This document shows positions 13,174 through 26,592 of a stretch of 64,000 bases of DNA, piece by piece (position 1 is the first letter of the stretch; each line of letters starts with the position of its first letter). The stretch is taken from the NCBI GenBank assembly GCA_047495785.1, contig JBLDXI010000004.1, positions 1,240,001 to 1,304,000 of the forward strand, written 5' to 3'. The DNA comes from Lepidodermella squamata (lineage: Eukaryota; Animalia; Gastrotricha). The notes below the pieces were generated by a model. It saw only the letters and a list, made by a program, of their open reading frames with translations. It did no database searches and was not told the DNA's origin. A program made the position numbers and the translations under genes.

Positions 13174-14645
13174 CTGTTGGCAAGAAACGATAAGAATATG
13201 TCACATGGAAGCTCACTTTCTTGAAGTCAACATGCAGCGCAAAGTTTATATACCCAGCGTCACCCAGCGTCATCACGGGAACATCACGGGAAAAAACAGG
13301 AGTAGAAGTAGAAACTTGTTTATTCTCAAAGCAATGAGGTTAATTTTACTTCTTCAAAGCAGCTCATCCTGAACTCAACCTGAGCCAGATCCACCCATGC
13401 AGTTTTGTTTTTTCCGATCAATCGTTCAATTAATGCTGCTTCGCTAGCCGATTTAATTGATGCGATAATCATAATACCATTATCCGCGCACCTCGCAGCA
13501 GACGCATAATTAAAAGTTGCTTCACACTATCACAGTAGTATAGCGATTCTAGCCAAGATTCAAATTTAAATTTAAATAAGGATGATTCATTCGCCGATGC
13601 TCGAAACTATTTTTTATCCATCCGCGGAGCCTGAGCACAGCGAAGGTAGGTGCTTCGGCGTTGAGTTGAGACCTAATTTCGGAAACCATCAACAGAAATT
13701 TGATTGCAAACCAATTCTCCCATAACAGATTTCAGGGTTGGAAATCACCATGAAACAATTTTTGCGTTCAGACCTCTAAAACGAATTGGCTTAAGCCTTG
13801 CATTCTTTATCAAGTATCGTCAGCATCTTTTCATCTAGTAAAGTAATGTCCTTCACACGTCTTTACGAGTTGCTGGCCGCTTTGTCAGTCGTGGAAGACT
13901 TTTGACAAATAAGACAAATGAGGATGTTTGGATCGCCCAGGGCCCAGGCCCACACCGGCTTCTACAAAGCCAAACAAAGGGGTGAACAGCCGAAAACGTG
14001 GACAACTTACCGTATATACCGATTTAGAAGGCTCTGCCTTATAATTTTATCAATCAACCCTCAACCCTTGCCTTATAAACGAGACCTGCCTTTTATTTCG
14101 GCCCTGCCCTATATTGAAGTCAACTTTGAGTTGTTGCATGCAACCGTTTTCAAGCCAAAAGCACTAGAAATCGGTATTTTCACTACTTATTAAGCGTTGA
14201 TAGGATTGCAAGAAGAGTCTTAAGTGGACCGTGGACCCCGCACATTTGCGCGATCCACGCGAGTTTTAACCCTAACCACTTGGGACATGCTCATAATATG
14301 GCGCCCTGCCCTGTATTATAAATTATTGAACTCGACGCCCTGCTTGTAAACGAGACTGCCCTTTGTTTTGGTTCTGCCTTCTAAATCGGTATACACGGTA
14401 AGTATAGAAAATTTATAAGCGAAAAATCTGCTCGCCACGTGGCTAAATGCACGTAGCCTACATTTTATTACCAGAGCGTGGATCACCCAGCGTCATCACG
14501 GGAACATCACGGGAAAAAACAGGAGTAGAAGTAGAAACTTGTTTATTCTCAAAGCAATGAGGTTAATTTTACTTCTTCAAAGCAGCTCATCCTGAACCAT
14601 CAACTTGAAGAAAGATAAGGCCAACATGAATTACTTCAATGATCA

Positions 14646-17600
14646 TTATCTTTCAACATAGGTTTCGCAAAATCCGTACTTAGCAGTAACGGCGCAAAAA
14701 GTTGGAACCAAACGTAATACCGATGCTAGACTATTGTAGATTATACAATTGTTATTATTAGGTTCAGCATAAAACAGAGCTGGATCGTATGTGAAAGCCG
14801 ACCCGTCCGACCACTTAAGGACTCCTCCGGACTCATCTGCAGCAAGACCAACCCAGCCATTAATGGAGTAGCTTGCAATCACAGCTAGGTCGGCAGCCGT
14901 TTTAACAGTTGCCAAGATGCCATCCAGTTGCGAGCACTTTGCGGCTGCAGCCGAATGGTTCAAAGTACCGCTTGGGTTATTAACATAAAACACTGTCTTT
15001 CGAGCGTTTTGACACTGCGATTCGCCACTGAACGTAACATTTCCAGGGAAGCGTCTCTCAGTATCGGCGTCACAGCCGCTTGAGCTCGGTCGGCAGGTTG
15101 CTGAACCATCAGCAGTTCGCAGGCATCGATGGTAAGTGATCTACAAACATAAATCAATCATGTTTAGCGTTGATCGCGAACTAATTAGCGATAATATGTT
15201 ACTAAAATGATTCACGCAAAATAGAAGCGTTGATTACTACCAAATACCAAACCCTGAAATATTTAAGGAAATAAACTCACAGGAGGCGATATATCATTGA
15301 TGCATCTGTCGTGATTCAGGTGGAAGGTCCCCAAGTCAGAGAACAGCTTAACCTGTTATAGAAAAACTGTTGATTCCGGAAAAAGACGTGCTTTTGGTTG
15401 AGCATTACCTGAGTTTGATCTTGGAGGCAAGCGGCGTAGCAAGACGTTCGGTTGGATGAATCCTTGCACGAAACGGCATTCTGTTCAAAATATTAATGTG
15501 ATTACCAAAAAGATAATTCGTTAGATCAAAACTTACTCCAAGCAGGCAGCTTTCCTTATTGATGTACACTCTGGTCGAGTACTGCCGAGTTTCGTTGCTT
15601 GCGAAGCAGCCGGAGCTTTGCAGTCGGCAGTCGTTGAACCTTTCGGTCGCAGAATCAAAGCAACGAATGTGCGTCTTTTCGCTATCCGGAACTGTGACTA
15701 ATATAAACACAAATTTTAGCAGTTTTTTATCCGAATTCTTTAGTTTTTAGTTCAAGCACTAGGAACAAATTTGGAATTAACACACATCCAGGAAATTAGG
15801 ATTGGCTTTAAGTCTCCACCAAGACAAAATTAATCCTACCTTCACTTCGGAAAATCGATATTGCACATAAATCAAAGAGGCGAAATGATTATAGGGTTTT
15901 TTAATCACGCCTAGGGCCCAGCTTCATCTGAATAAGAAAATGTTGATTAAGAAAATCATGAACCTTCTCCATTTGTACAAGCTGCGAGATTTGGATAGAT
16001 CGTTGATTCAGTTACCTGTTGGCAAGAAACGATAAGAATATGTCACATGGAAGCTCACTTTCTTGAAGTCAACATGCAGCGCAAAGTTTATATATACAGT
16101 GAAACCCCGATTTGGCGTCATCTACGGGCCGGCCATAAAATCGGGCGGGAAATCCGAAAAGACGGATAATCCGGGTCAATTTACATGCAATGCTATGCTG
16201 CGGGGAAAAATGAAGATTTTTCATCCCCTTATCTTTTGCATACCCGGATTTCTCGTAGACGGAAAATAAAAGGACGCCAAATCGGGGTTTCACTGTATAT
16301 TCTTGAAGCCCACGACTTCCCCTTTCCAACAATTTATTAATTTCAAAATTTCGCTGATTACGTAACATTCATGACGCTAAAATCGATCGATTTAGCTAAT
16401 GTTTGATCAGCTGCAAGCAATCACCTGTTACGTACCCCTAAAAAATTCCTTAACCCGTATTAGCCGAAACACACGCCCGTGTGTAGCAATTTTAAAAAAT
16501 TGCAGAAAAATAACAGTGATAGTTGTAGTTAAAAAAAGAATATATTCTGGTTCCTCATGGTCTTAACTATGTTAAAGGAATTTTTAGGATTTTTTCGTCA
16601 ATTGTTGTCATGGAGAAAATATTACGCAACCGTTACACACTTGGCTGGTCGTGAAAAAAACAGTAGTCGCGTGTTTTTTTCGACCTGGCACGCGATGGCC
16701 AGTAGTTTGTGGCCTGAAAAGCTTTTGTAATTTCATTTTCCAGGTCTTAAGCTATTTATTAAAAAAAAAATTACTATCATAGTGTTCACCGACTTAACGG
16801 TATTAATTTTTAAAAAACACCACACACCGGTGTGTGTTCAGGCACAAAGTGAACTATTCAAGAATATCATATTTTTACTATAACACCGCTATAACCTCGA
16901 ATTGATGATCACTTATGCTTGGATTCCACCAAAGTAAGCCTGGGGATCAAGATTCTACAGTTTCCGGACTTCCATGCGCCTCACATTGCTAAAAAACAAA
17001 ATATGTGCATTTTTTACGTCTAAAAAACGTGCTTAAATGGAAATTACTCCAGAATGGTCGCCGACTGTCGCAAAATGCTTTCAAATTATTGTTGGTCAAT
17101 GTTTATGCGATAACGTTACGCATATTTGTGAAGCCTGATGGTCATCCAACATGTCCCACATAAAAAACAAGCGTAAAAAATGAGAGGTCAAAAAGTTAAG
17201 TTTGGTTTTTTTGGAAAAATTTCATGGAAATTGGAAGAGAGCATGTTGAAATGACCTAAACTACATTTTTCCGCACAAGAATCCTCCACATTGGCGAGAT
17301 TTTACATTTTTTGTAAAAAAAATTGCATTTTTTCGGGCAGCGCATTGCGCCTGGACACACACCGGTGTGTGGTTACGTAACTCCGTAACGGTGCATGATA
17401 AAAATATACGGTTTTCAGATTTGGAATCAGCGTTAAAAGTTACACTAGAATCTCACGTCAAAATAATTTTCACTAATCGGCATCTAGGGTCAGGTTTATA
17501 CGGGTTAATTATGAAAGTTCCTGGATGATCATGTTCTGCAATTTACTACTCGAAATGGAAAACTGCAAAAATATCAGGGTTTTCGCCGCGTGAAACCGAA

Positions 17601-18755
17601 ATTTAAAATCGCTAACCCAATTTGACGGACATGAGTACGAGTTCGGAACACAGCTCATGGTGGCATTGTTTGAGGTGCATCGTTTGAATTGCAGGTTCTG
17701 AATAAATAGATAATAGACAACACTGTAACAGACAGGAAACTAACCATCTCTCCATATTGAATTTATTTGAGGTGTTATTGCAAAAAGCATGGCACGTGAG
17801 CACATTTCAAATAAACGAACTCTCCTAATTCGACCATTATAATTTTACATAATTTCAAAAATCAATAACAAAAAAGGGTCACAGGGTTCAATCATTTCCA
17901 GCTAATAAATTACTAAATCGGATTTTTTCAAATTTTTTCTCGATCCAGTTCTCTATTGGACGATATACAATTTGTCTGCTAAATAACTTTGATTTTCAGA
18001 TTATTTTCGGCCGAGCAAATGGGCTTTGAATTCTCTCACTGAGTTGCTTTGTTTAGAGATATTCTAGCAAAAACAATTAGTTAAGGTCAGCAAAAATTCA
18101 CTATGTCGAGTAGGTTAGTTTCCTATCTGTTACTTTGTTGTCTATTTAATTCATATCGAACTTCGAACTTAACAGAACATCACGTTTATTGAGTTTCTCC
18201 AATATTAACCTCAAATACGGCTTTGTACTTCTCGCATTCGTTGAGGTTGAACCGCAAGTTCATCACTGGGTTTGACTTGGCGAACCAGAACAACTGAAAA
18301 TAAATTCAAACCAAAGCTTCATCAATGAGCAAATTTGCCCTAAATATTACGGGCAAGTGACCCGGGTTGTTACAACCAATGTTGGCAGGCACGCAAAATG
18401 GAGTTAGCTTCTCGTATTTGTAGCACATCCGGGCATTCTGTAATTGAGAGATATAATACTCTGAACGGTTAGATACCAATCTCACCCCACGATTGCACAC
18501 TCCGGCTCTGCGGAAAACTGGACCGAGCTAGATAATGGAAAATTTCAAGTCAAAGTGGTCGTGAATTGACAATAAAAATAAACCTACGCGGTATTCCCGT
18601 AGTCGATCGCAGCCATCGGCAGCTGGTACGCAGTTGGTGAATCGGTTGCTAAACTGCGAGAAGCACCGAACCCAGTTCAACGGCTTCCCCGAAGCCATGT
18701 CGCATGACGCCAGCACGAGTGCTAGCAGTAGTAGAGCACAGTGATACGAAATCAT
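14646..18755 (-). CDS. Family copy C: secreted six-Cys-module plus CTLD protein, about 437 aa, 10 exons
   Basis: Exons 18588-18755, 18486-18527, 18351-18437, 18210-18293, 17617-17697, 15964-16015, 15537-15697, 15409-15480, 15281-15352 and 14646-15140. All are GT-AG and the spliced frame is open. Hydrophobic N-terminus MISYHCALLLLALVLAS. Confidence 0.88.
16097..16295. mobile_element. 199-bp Tc1/pogo-type MITE in intron 5 of copy C
   Basis: Perfect 23-bp TIR CAGTGAAACCCCGATTTGGCGTC with TA flanks. Confidence 0.9.
16454..17504. mobile_element. Non-autonomous piggyBac-like element in intron 5 of copy C
   Basis: TTAA on both flanks, CCCGTAT...ATACGGG termini, and internal CACACACCGGTGTGTG palindromes. 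Confidence 0.75.
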
Positions 18756-19687
18756 TTGAATCGCCTTTTACTAATTGCTGATAATCCTTGTGATTGATTG
18801 CAAGCCGGATGAAATAAAAATACAATAAAATAAATTTAGTTTGAATGAGAATTAGGAGCAAAATCACGTAGGAATTGGTGAAAGTTTCGACGAATGAAAT
18901 GTGAATGACACAGCGCGTGCGATTTTTCGAGGAGCCACGCGCCACTCCTGTTTTTGTAAGCAGGCTCGTGGAGTTTAATCAAACATTAAAAATTGCTCAA
19001 ACACGGCTCTTGTTTTTTGGCGACGATCAACTGCACAGTGGCCGCTCGCGTGTCAGAGAGTCCATGTCGGAATTGTACAAGTTATATTATTTTAAAATAT
19101 CGTGAAATTCCTCTAGACTAAAGTTTAAATTTCATTGCTCTCTTCTCTCTCCTCTTTTGAGTCATTTCGATTATCAGGGCTATACGCAATAATGTTAATG
19201 CGAGCAGTAGAGTGAGGCGAGCAGTAGAGTGAAATTGCAATTCACGATGGAAAACATTTGAAATGACCGGTAACAAGTGAAAAGAGGGGTTTGGCGAGTT
19301 TTCTGTATTTTTTTCCGCAAAACGTTTATTCACGATTCTTGCTTGGATTCCAAGATGTTTGTCGTCATGCTTTTGGAATATTTCAGACCTCTATAATGCT
19401 ACCATCCTCCTTAAACGCGGAATAGCCGATTGCACCCCTGAAAGGTGTTATTGATTCAGGTTGCCGTGAAGACACTGGTTTGATCCCAACAAAATGTTTG
19501 AATATCTAGCGAGATTCCTCACCACAGATTAACCCAACAAATTAGGCGAACGGAAAGAGGGTTAACATTTTGTTGCAAGCCTAGTTTATTCTACTGGTAT
19601 TTTGTTGCATCAGTAACATTAACATGAAATAAATGATAGATAACAGCCATTTTGAAAGATAACGACAGTCTCAATGCTCAATTGTCC

Positions 19688-22145
19688 TCATTCTACATAG
19701 GTTTCGCAAACTCCGTAGCCTTTTCCATAGCTGCAAGCACTGTAACCGATCTTATTCCACAGCCAACCACATCCATTAGGATCGAGCCCGTACCAATACA
19801 GTTTTGGATCCCATATGACATCCGAACCGTCCGACCATTTGAAACCGCCGGGATGTGGAGCAAGACCTATCCAGAGATATTGACCGCTGGGTCCAGCACT
19901 GGTAACCAGTGCTACGTCGTCAGCCGATTTGACAGTTGCCAAGATGCTATCCTGTTGCGAACACATTTCAGCGATTACCGTAAAATTCATCCTATAACTG
20001 CCATCGCCAACAGAAAACAATTTCTTTCTAGCGTTTTTGCACTTGGATTCGCTGCTGAACGTAACATTTGCCGGGAAACGTGTCTCAGTGTTGGCGTCAC
20101 ACCCGGTTGAGCTCGGTCGGCAGGTTACTGAACCGTCAGCAGTTCGCAGGCATCGATAGTGAGGGATCTATCAACAAAAATAGTATTAATCATGTATCAA
20201 ATTAGTCTGTTATTTCAAATGTTTTAGTCAAATATTATATTATTATAGCCCCTGGCGAACATACGAGCGACAATCAAATCAAATGAATTGATGTATGAAG
20301 TGATCAGTGACGAATTGTTGATTATCCGTTCTAATTCATGGTACAATATCACGCGTTGAATTTTGAGAAATTTAAAAGTTTGAAATTTTAGATGAAATTA
20401 ACTCACAGGAGGCGATATATCATTCATGCATTTGTCGTAATTCAGCTGAAAGGTCCCCGAGTCCGAGAACAGCTTATCCTGTTATAGAAAAACAGTCGTT
20501 ACCGGTAAAAGCCGCGCTTTTGGCTGAGATTTACCTGAGTTTGATCTTGGGGACAAGCAGCGTAGCAAGACGTTCGGTTAGATGAATCCTTACACGAAAC
20601 GGCATTCTGTCAAAGGAGAAAAACCTGAGTATTCAAATTTGCTGAAACAAAAAGAATAAATTACTCCGAGCAGGCAAGCTGCACGGTTGATGTAGACTTT
20701 GCTCGAGTATTGCTGAGTTTCATTGCTAGCAAAGCAGCCGGGGCTTTGCGGCCGACAGTCGTGGAATTCGCGACTTATCGAATCGAAACAGCGGATGTGT
20801 GGCTGTTCAGTGATCGGAACAGAGACTGCGGTTAAAAAACACAACTTATGTTATTTTTTTCCCCGTTGCGAAAATTCTCAGCGGCAATTAACCGGTGTCC
20901 CAATAATTTTGTAATTTTGTAAAGCATCAAATTTTGTAATGCAGGAATAAAAATCCCCGGAATTTTTTTTCAATCATTGGTGTATTGTTTTCAAAGAAAT
21001 ACCTGAATTCACCAACCATTAAATTTGTCGAAAAATCAAGTTCCCTTATTCCATATTTATATAAGAAGGATATAACTATGAATATAGCCATTTCAAATAA
21101 CCGATTTAAACATTTGACTCACCCGAGGCGTTGATGCACGACATTAAATCTGGATAAATCGTCGATTCAGTGATCTAGAAGAGGAATAATATAGAATATT
21201 AGCAGGAATATTAGCATTTTCGTAGATACCGAAATTCAAGCCTAGGCGGCACCCCCTTTGTCGGCACTTTGATGTTCTTTGTAGTGCCGTCCAGGCTTGT
21301 ATTTTGGTAACTACGGTATATAATTAACCTTTCGAACTGAGAATTTTCCCGATTTACCATAATTGAGTAATTTAATTGAGGATTTGAATTCAAATAGGAA
21401 GAAAATTCGACAACACTAACCCAGTTTTCAGGGCAAGTGAACGGATCGGGAACACACGTTTTGATGGCGTCATTCGAGGTGCAGCGCCGGAAGTTTGACA
21501 ATTTCTGCGAAGGGATGAATGAAAAGCTAAACGATTGAGCTAAGACAACAGTTGAAAGCTCTCACATCGAATACAGCGCGTTGTTTCTCGCATTCATTGA
21601 GGTTGTATTTCAAACTCAACGTCGCACTCTGATCGTTGAACCAGAAAGTCTGAAATACAAAAGTCATATTACGATTTGAAAAAGCAGAAAAATAAGATTT
21701 AGAGACTTCAAATAATGCAATGAGGCTTACATTCATATCGCCAGGGTTGTTACAGCCAATGTTACCAGGTACGCAAAACGGAGTGAGAGCCTCGTATTTG
21801 TAACACATTCGGGCATTCTATAGACAAAACAGGGCATTAATTAACGAAAATAAACTGAAGAATAAAACTAACCCCAGTGTTGCAGACGCCAGTTGTTCGA
21901 AAAATGCCGCCCCACTAGTTAGAGAAAAATTCAACAACCATCAGGTTACTGCATGCATGCAAGTAAATCGTGGAATAAACCTGGTATTCGGTGAGTGGAT
22001 TACAGCCATCGGCAGCTGGTACGCAGTTGGTGAATCGGTTGCTGAACTGCGAGAAGCAGCGGACCCAGTTCAATTCTTTACCCGAAGCCGGGTCACTTGA
22101 CGCCAGCAATAGGGTTAGCAGCAGAGCACAGTGATACGGAACCAT
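19688..22145 (-). CDS. Family copy D: secreted six-Cys-module plus CTLD protein, about 432 aa, 10 exons
   Basis: Exons 21981-22145, 21873-21914, 21731-21817, 21566-21649, 21421-21504, 21123-21174, 20665-20825, 20535-20606, 20407-20478 and 19688-20167. Open frame; CTLD has WIGL, KWSDGS and four Cys. Confidence 0.9.
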
Positions 22146-22203
22146 CTGATCGAATGTGCCTTGGAAAAAAATCAGTTAAAATGTTACAATGCGAAATTGT
22201 ATC

Positions 22204-22265
22204 GAATGAATCGTGAATGACGGTGCGTTGTTGTTGTTGTTGTTTTTGATATTTTTTATGGCGAC
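22204..22265 (-). promoter_or_regulatory. Candidate core promoter shared by the family (GCC-A-rich box, then GTCATTCnnnATTCATTC)
   Basis: The same motif lies upstream of the ATG in C (18892-18909), D (22204-22221), E (26663-26680), F (31408-31425) and G (42507-42524). Confidence 0.5.
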
Positions 22266-23574
22266 ACTCCTTGTGGTGCGATATGGAACGTGTCACGTGT
22301 CTGTTTTATTTTCGGCGCGTGTTGAAGAGTTCAAGTCCGTGTTTCTCCCGATTGAGTTCAGTTTTGAAGCATTTTCCATTTTATCATGATTTGAAGAAAA
22401 GTTTGAAGAAAATAATTGACAAAAAAATATCCGCAATTGGGCACGAATTACAGGATAAAAATAAAAAAATTGTGGTTCCAATCGATCCTACAGCATAGTC
22501 TGTACACGTCACTGGGAAAATTGAGCAAAATCACTACGATTCTCGATTGCTCCGATTTCTTGCAGGAATTTCTTCGCAATATTTGATAATTAATCCGCTT
22601 TTCAATTTCATCTCAAAGAATACAAAATGGGTTCGAAAACGGGTTCGGGTAATACTACGATGCCGGTCCCTTCGCGAAAGAAGGCTAACAAACCAAAGCC
22701 ACCTATGAACCATAATATCAACATTCAAGATAAACCCGTGCCCAGTGGGTTTATTATCCTCTATTTTGCTAGAAAATTGACTGTTTTCTTTTATTTGTTC
22801 TGCGAATTTCAAATGTTTGAGCGGTTTGCAATAATTAAATGGATTGATTGCCTGATCATTGAGGTGAACTGGGTTCGCTGCTTCAGCAAGAAATTTAGCT
22901 GCTGCCGGTGACTGGGATCCTCAGGAACGCCGCGTAGATTTTATTTTAAGAATTTTCAATTCATAGACATTAATTCTCTCATAGTTTATTCCGAATGGAG
23001 ATAAACAGGAATCCATAAATTTACTTGTTAAAAATCGATACTTTTCTCGTCCGTTGTCCGGGTCGGCTTGAAAAACAATAGAATTGAGCTGAAAAATAGC
23101 TTATAACGTCACCAGCCCAAATGACCTCAATACCACACGCCCAAATCGGTTGCGCAGTTGTTTTCTTGGAACTGGACAGTGGACAGCCCGACTGGAAAAT
23201 TCGCGTGCCGTTGCGAGCAGTGAAAAACATGAGTGGGGTCATGAAAAATGATCTCGTGAGCTCGTAAAAATCGCCGTTCGTTTTACTAAATAACTTCATT
23301 TTCCGCCGTGTTATTCAAACTTCCAATCAAACGATTTACTCTTCTCAATGCCATCCTGTTCGCCTAGTTTTTGCCCGTAGTTGCTGTTATCGCTGTTATA
23401 GTACTTGGTTGTAAAGGTTGTTTGTTAACCAAAATGTGGTTTGTATTGTTTTTATGATCACATTTGGGTCGGATTTTCCGCCGAGATGGCGCCTGAATTC
23501 GTGGAAGAAGAACTGTGGCCTCATTATTTTCATTCCTAATAAATTCCATGTTCCTAAGCTATTTTTGCGTGTTT

Positions 23575-23812
23575 TTCAGTCACGGTCCCTATAGGCGAGA
23601 AGCCATGCCAGGGTCGCAACACCCCAGCTCCGGGACTTCAACCCGAGGAAGGCTGAAACAATCACAGGGCGGGGAACCTTTGTTTTCTTCGACTGGGATG
23701 CTAGAATACCTCAGCTCCCGAATCCTACTTCGCCCACTGAGCCACATAACCGCTGTTTTGACTTGACAACTGGAAAAATCAACGGCCGCCGACCACAAAG
23801 CTCTGGCTGCCG
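23575..23812 (+). pseudogene. Isolated decayed exon-7 copy with an internal insertion of about 120 bp; exon-1 scrap at 22866-22885
   Basis: ttttcag|TCACGGTCCCTATAGGCGAGAAGCC ... ACATAACCGCTGTTTTGACTTGACAACTGGAAAAATCAACGGCCGCCGACCACAAAGCTCTGGCTGC matches exon 7 of F and H. Confidence 0.7.
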
Positions 23813-24268
23813 TTTTTTCAGCAGAGCGTTCACAAACTAATATGACTGCTATTCCTATAGAACGCTATTTGTACTTTGCACCAGACTTGTTTATCATTTT
23901 TAAGAATAGCCGGCATCTTAGTTAGTGAACGCACTGCTAAAACAGGTTGGCTAATTATGTTAGATTACTGTTTACTGTTATTAGAGTTGCAAGATCTGAT
24001 CTGACAAATGTCGCTCTTTCTTACACTGCTCTTTGCACATCAACGTTCCTATGTTGTTTAATCTGGAATACCTGGAATCTCCGAATCTGGAAACCGGAAA
24101 CCCGTCCATTCAATGAGGTTACCATTGCAAAAAAACGTTCATAATATGACGAATTTTATTTATACCTTCAACTTATGGATCAAAATATCTCATCTATGCA
24201 TTTCACCGCACGTGCTCTTCCACTTCTCTTACATCTCATGAATAATTTTGAAAAGCGAGGAAATGTCA

Positions 24269-26592
24269 CTAAAATAACTCGCATAAAGCGTATAGAAATG
24301 CGGCACCACAATTTGCTATTACATAGCGAGAGCTGCCAGACATTGGCGTTATAAAGACGCAGCCATCAATTACTTGGCCTGTCCATTGATTAACGACAAA
24401 TGCGAAATTGGAGCCATCATCCCACTTGAATACGCCATTCACTCGAGTCAAGGCGATCCAGGCCGGCGCATCAAGCTGAGGCGAATTTGATACTATCTGC
24501 GCTGCCGCCAGTTCCGTATCTGACCTGATCGTGGCCAAGCTCCCACCCTGATTGGCGCATGCCGCTGCTGCGGTACTTTTAGAGGCCGGTTGAGTGAAAT
24601 GCACCGAGAAGTAAGTCTTGACCACAGACGTACAGCTCGTCTTGTCTGGATAGGTGGCATTAGCTGGAATTCGAAGCTGGCTAGCCGCATCGCAGCCAGT
24701 TGCACTCGCTACACATCGAACTGTGCCGTCGCTGTTGTCAACGCAACGGAAATAGGCCGACTGCAAACAAAAACAGCATGATAAAAATAAAACCGAAATT
24801 ACGTGTCACGAATCAAATTAACAATAGAGAATAGAGCAAACCCTCTTTTTCTTGAGACGCGATTTCGATGTTCCAGTGCTTAAAACCCTCTTTGACCGGC
24901 AATAACACCGGTGTTACAGCTTACAAAAAAAATTGCAGCTAGATGAATTCAAGGCAAAGATTGATGCTGTTTCACGGACATGAGATGCTTATCAGCAACA
25001 AAAAAACAAAACAGGAAACAAAACAAATTTGCCTGCAAAAGTTTCGAGGAGAAAATCTTGTTTCTTGTTTTTCAAAATGTTGCCACGGGAAGGTTCAATT
25101 CGGGAAATTTGATCAAAATGACTCATTTACTAGATCCGTGATTTGATGGCAAAAAAGTCTGGATTGTTGAGAACATGATCTTCAAAGTTGCAAAGAATTT
25201 GAAACTCAAAATGTAGCGGCACATACCATAGTTTTAAAGGTTTGAATGTCAACTCACCACTGGGGTTATGTCCGTGATACATTTTCCGTGGTTCAACTGG
25301 AAGTTGCCCAAGTCTGAGAACAGCTTAGCCTGTTGAAGAAAAACAGTTGATATCGGAAAATCAGAGCTTTTGGCTGAGCGTTACCTGAGTTTGATCTTGG
25401 GGACAAATGGCGTAGCACGATGTTCGATTAGATGAATCCTTGCACGAAACAGCATTCTGTTGAAAAGAGATTAACTGCATCAATTGCTAAAGCAGAAAGG
25501 AAAACTTACTCCGAGCAAGCAAGCTGCACGGTTGATGTAGAACTTGGTCGAGTATTGCTGAGTTTCGTTGCTAGCGAAGCAGCCAGAGCTTTGCGGTCGG
25601 CAGTCGTCGAACTTTTTGGTCGTAGCATCAAAGCACCGAATGTGTGGCTTTTCGCTGACTGGAACTGCGACTGAGATGAGAAACGGAAAATTCAGTAGTA
25701 CTCAATTTTTCAGGGAGAAAATTATTCAAAATTTGGTTGTTAGTTATTGATAAAAATTGAGGCCAGTAAATCACGAACCTGACCCATTGGTACATGACGA
25801 AAGGGTTGAATACAGAGTCGATCCAGTGGCCTAGAAAAAACACGAATCAGCGTCAAACAGGAACACATCAAACGTTCCAAATCACTTACCCAGTTGTTTG
25901 GGCAGGAGTATGGGTCCGGAACACAGGTCATGATGACGTTGCTCGAGGTGCAGCGCCTGAATTTCGAAGTCTGGAATGATAGAAACATGAAACATAATAA
26001 TTAATATGGTCAAGTTTCCTGAATTCTCACCTCGAATGCAGCTTTCTGTTTCTCGCATTCGTTGAGGTTGAACTTCAAACTCAACGTCGGCCTCTGATCG
26101 TCGAACCAGAACGTCTGAGGCATAAATTATAACAATATACTCAATTTTAAAGAATTGGTTGACGGGGCTTACATTCATATCACCAGGATTGTTGCAACCA
26201 ACGTTACCCGGTACGCAAAACGGGGTAAGGGCGGCGTATTTGTAGCACATTCGGGCATTCTATAGAGTAAAAACAGAGCAAAATTAAAAATAGATTAAGG
26301 AGAAAAGTAAACAGACCCCGGTGTTGCAACTGCCGGTTGTTCGTAAGCTTGAGCCGATCTATCGATAAAGAAATATTTTTATTAATCAGCTCGTCGAAGA
26401 AATTTTATTGAGAAGAAGAACCTGATAATCGGCGAGAGGATCACAGCCATCGGCGGCTGGGACACAGTTGGTGAATCGGTTGCTGAACTGCGAGAAGCAA
26501 CGAACCCAGTTCAACGGCTGCGCGCCCAATGCCACGTCGCTTGACGCCAGAATTACGACGGCTAGTAACAGAGCACAGTGATTCAAAGCCAT
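24269..26592 (-). CDS. Family copy E: secreted six-Cys-module plus CTLD protein, about 437 aa, 10 exons
   Basis: Exons 26422-26592, 26317-26358, 26173-26259, 26031-26114, 25890-25970, 25779-25830, 25510-25670, 25385-25456, 25258-25329 and 24269-24760. Open frame; CTLD has WIAL and KWDDGS. Confidence 0.9.

Larger units (their letters stand above)
10540..16094. repeat. Tandem duplication: 10540-13252 repeated at 13382-16094 (offset 2842), with a 129-bp junction insert
   Basis: Identical ORFs at +2842 (11076/13918, 11804/14646, 12563/15405). I saw no differences between the copies by eye. Confidence 0.95.

Noticed and set aside
10540-16094. Assembly artefact as the cause of the exact duplication
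   Set aside because: Not excluded, but judged less likely because the junction has a structured templated insert and coincides with a MITE end.
19652-20110. Short ORFs antisense or off-frame to family exons (also 35588-35983, 59701-60183 and others)
   Set aside because: These are shadow frames of real exons or of repeats, with no independent coding signal.
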